Assembly: GCF_009914755.1 (NCBI RefSeq) | Contig: NC_060947.1 | Strand: one strand, 5' to 3' | Length of the DNA stretch: 64,000 nucleotides | DNA from: the human T2T-CHM13v2.0 reference genome, Homo sapiens | Shown here: in pieces, positions 60,857-64,000 of the stretch | How the letters are laid out: each line of letters opens with the position of its first letter | Position numbering within the stretch: the first letter of the stretch is position 1 | Notes under the pieces: model-generated | Told to the model about the DNA's origin: nothing | The model's database searches: none | The model's input: the letters and a program-made list of their open reading frames with translations, nothing else | Position numbers and translations under genes: made by a program

Positions 60857-61137
60857 GATCTATATGCCTGAGAAGGTATTTTTGCTTGGATAAGAAAAAG
60901 GGCATGAAATTTGTAATTTTGCGGGGAAACAGGTTACAACTATAAAAGTTGTTGGTCCAAACGTATATTATAGGAACCTGAGTGGTTGTAAGACTTTACA
61001 AGATAATAGGTTTGAGTGACATAAGTATTAGAAATTATTCTTACACACTTCTTAGAGAAGCCTCTTTTTCTATTTATAGTAGCTTATATTTTGACAATAG
61101 GATTAGAAGGTGATTTGAAAGATGCATTCAAATACTG

Positions 61138-61312
61138 GGATCATTAGTGGCTACTATGAGTAACTATATGCCAATAAATTGGAAAATCTAGAAGAAATGG
61201 ACAAATTCTTGTACACATACAGACTACCAAGATTGAACCAGGAAGAAATCCAAAATCTGAGCCAACCAATAACAAGTAACAAGATTGAAGTGGTAGTAAA
61301 AGTACTCCCAGT
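61138..61312 (+). mobile_element. Isolated internal L1 ORF2 fragment
   Basis: Encodes [15 protein letters not shown]...PRLNQEEI-like sequence. No tail and no TSD. Confidence 0.85.
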
Positions 61313-63614
61313 ATAGGTGGTATAGGTTTGCTATGTGTTGATTTCTTTTCCTGTAGACTCTAACTTGCAAACATGGCATAATGTTTGAGATTTATAACAG
61401 GAATACTGGAGGCCAAGATAATGAAATTTATAGATTGGTAGAGAAAAATGATCCTCTTGGAAGTCATTTTGAATTAGAAGCCCTTTATTTTTATTTTAGT
61501 TATTTAAATAAGGTTCTCTAAAACCTGGGGTAGAAAGTTCACTCTCTACAAAATGCTTAACCGGAAGCAGTGCTGGCTTCAATGCCACAAATTGGGTCTC
61601 TTGTCCTGTTTCAGATGCTCTCATGCAAATAGGCGCATCTCTTTACCACTCTGACCTTCTGCTTACTCATGTGAAAGATGATGAAGAAATTGATAAGATT
61701 ATACTTGGGATTCCTTCTAGCTCTAAAATTGAGTCATATCTTCTCAGAAGTCCTAAAATCCTTTTCAGTTTGGCTTTGGAAAGGTGTTACAACAAAGTGG
61801 ACAATTTTGTATAACGAGGTAAGGTTCAGCCCTGAATAAAACTAAAATTTTCTGTGTTGCATGAAATGATGGATATAAAACATTTAAATAGAGAGCTCTT
61901 TCCTAGCTACGAACTGGCATTTTCAATTACTACGTATTTAGCCATTATTGTTTTCTATCTCTTCTGTTTATCATCAGGCTGTAATTGTTAGTTGTTTTCA
62001 GGTGGCCATCCAGGCATTGTAGATATTTGATGTAACCATTTGGGGAAGAAAATTACAACCATGTAGTATTAAGGATGCCTTGAGCATTGTTATCATATTG
62101 TATTTCCAGACAAAGCCATATAGAAATGCAGTGACTAGGCTGAAACGACACAGAATGTTTCTCTACACTACATTTCTACTCAAAGCATTTCTTTACTACG
62201 TTTTCTTCAGTTTTGTTTTATTTTCGTTCACAAAGAAAGCATAGTAAGTTAATAAAGAAACACATAGACTAGTCTATCTTTCTAGCCTCTGTGGGACACT
62301 GCTTCATTAGCTGTAGTCAACATTTTAAAAAAATTATCAACACATTTCTGCTATGCATTTTTCTATTATATTGTTCTGGTCAGTAGTCAGTGTTTCTGCC
62401 TATGTTTCATTTTGCATATAGCTGTCTCATTTTACCAGCTAATTGTGAAAAAATTTAGGTTGAAATTTCCCTATTCATTACCCTTTGGTCTGTGCAATAT
62501 TGACAGCAATCCTCCTGTGACCATAATATTACAGTCCAGGAATGGTGGTTAGAAATAGGAAAGAACAGCTAGAAAGCAATGTATATCATGTCCATCAACC
62601 CAGAAGAAAGAGTTTGGCCAGTGTCAGCACTATGTGAATCACTTGTGGGTGACTATCCATAGACAAAAATTACAATTAAATTGAATAAATGTAGCATACA
62701 CTAAGAGTCATACCTACAGTCTGGGATCTCCTTGAGCTTACAATCTGACAGAAGTAAGACAAGTTAGTGTTTGGGGAAAATTTATTCTGTTATGGATAAC
62801 ATCACTAGTCTTCTGTGCTGATTTGACCGATTTCCTATCTGTTCCACCTAAGGCTGTCCCAAGACAGAGAAAGCCAACTTACAGTCAAGGGAATCTATGC
62901 AACTGCTCCACTGACCGTGCCCACTCTCCAGTTTCATAGGTAATTCAAGGTAGATTAAGACAACACAATTACAAAGGCCTCAATAAAAGACAAATTTAAA
63001 GAATTTTGAGACTGGCTTTGTGGAATAGGCAGAATTTTGACAGGCACAAATAATAATAAAGGGAGAAGGAGATCAATTTGTAAGAATGAATAACATTAGG
63101 AAATGGAAGATGGCCAAAAACTAAAGAGTAAGGAGAGATTTCTGGAAGGGGCAAGTGGTGTAATTTATTAATAGCTGCAACACTGGGAGAGGAGCGTTTG
63201 TAGTTAGAGAATGACATCATCAGTGAGCAATTTTCTGAAAAATGGAAGACAAGTAACAATATCTGATATAGTTGGTTCACGCTTCCATTGTCAGAGACAA
63301 AGAGAAGGGCCAAGTCCATGAAAATATTATCTCTATCTTTCAGGAAAGCAGAGGTAGGAGCAGAGGCAGAAGTAAGGTCAGGGTCATAGAGAGATGTGGG
63401 AGCAGAGTAAAGAAAACAAAGAACTGCATTTAATCAGCTACTGGCATTTATGACAGTGAGAGGCAGAATAGGAAAAGTTAGAGCTCAAAAATATAATAAT
63501 TTGACAAATTTGTCTTCGGGTAGGTTGGAGTTCAATGAATTGATTTTTAGTACATTGGGCTGCTTCCAGTGCTCAGTGACCATAAACTATTATTTTTACT
63601 TTAACTTGTATTTA

Positions 63615-64000
63615 TTAAGGTTGCACAATAGTGGGTCCTCTGCTCATATCCCCCAGTAGCAGCAATAATTTCACAGCCATCCATGGACAAAAGTGCCTTT
63701 GTAGGAGATTTGAGACCAAGGTAGGAGACTGCAAAATCCTGGTAGAGCCCAAGACCAAGGAGGAATGTTTAGAGAGGGCAGGCCACACACAGGTGGGAGG
63801 CTCACTGACTGTGTTCCCAGCTACAGACTTGGAAATGGCCTTGTGACCCCTGTGGTCTCTTCTATATGGTACTGCAACCATAACCATTCATCAAAGTACT
63901 TGGGAAAAGTCATGACCACCTCTTTTTTCAGTGACTAGTCTACAAATCTCAGTCCCTGTTGTGGACTCTGAAGCAGCCCCGTAAGTTAACTCAAGCCCCT
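63615..64000 (+). mobile_element. Probable old L1 5' UTR (L1M-type), running off the window
   Basis: GC content rises, and CAGCCATCCATGGACAAAAGTGCCTTTGT resembles L1M 5' ends as I recall them. Confidence 0.5.

Noticed and set aside
62264-62277. 14-bp palindrome ATAGACTAGTCTAT, and (AGCT)n at ~27563
   Set aside because: Expected by chance at this window size and base composition.

Overview
This is primate (human-like) nuclear DNA: AT-rich, CpG-poor and built mostly from nested transposable elements. I found no supportable host protein-coding gene, RNA gene or CRISPR array. Nearly all ORF-track entries come from Alu, L1 or LTR sequence or are chance ORFs. The main elements are a near full-length old L1 (L1PA15/16-like, minus, ~4.2-12.0 kb) carrying three Alus, an HML-5 LTR22 solo LTR and a young L1 3' stub, and a full-length Tigger1 with a nested MST LTR and Alu. 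There is also a TSD-flanked L1PA6/7 (21.3-26.4 kb) that lacks its endonuclease domain but keeps an open 148-codon antisense ORF0, a 27-bp G-rich minisatellite (~29 copies), a second LTR22 solo LTR, a complete two-LTR THE1 element interrupted by an L1 with a 3' transduction, and MER50 nested in another ERV1 LTR. The most interesting signals are mechanistic footprints: two L1 3' transductions, two independent L1 stubs truncated at the same base, three local templated insertions, and an LTR22 with a PBS-like tail inside its TSD. LTR and L1 orientations are mixed, which fits an intergenic location. Subfamily names come from recalled consensus sequences and were not computed. I see no evidence of a genuinely new biological system.
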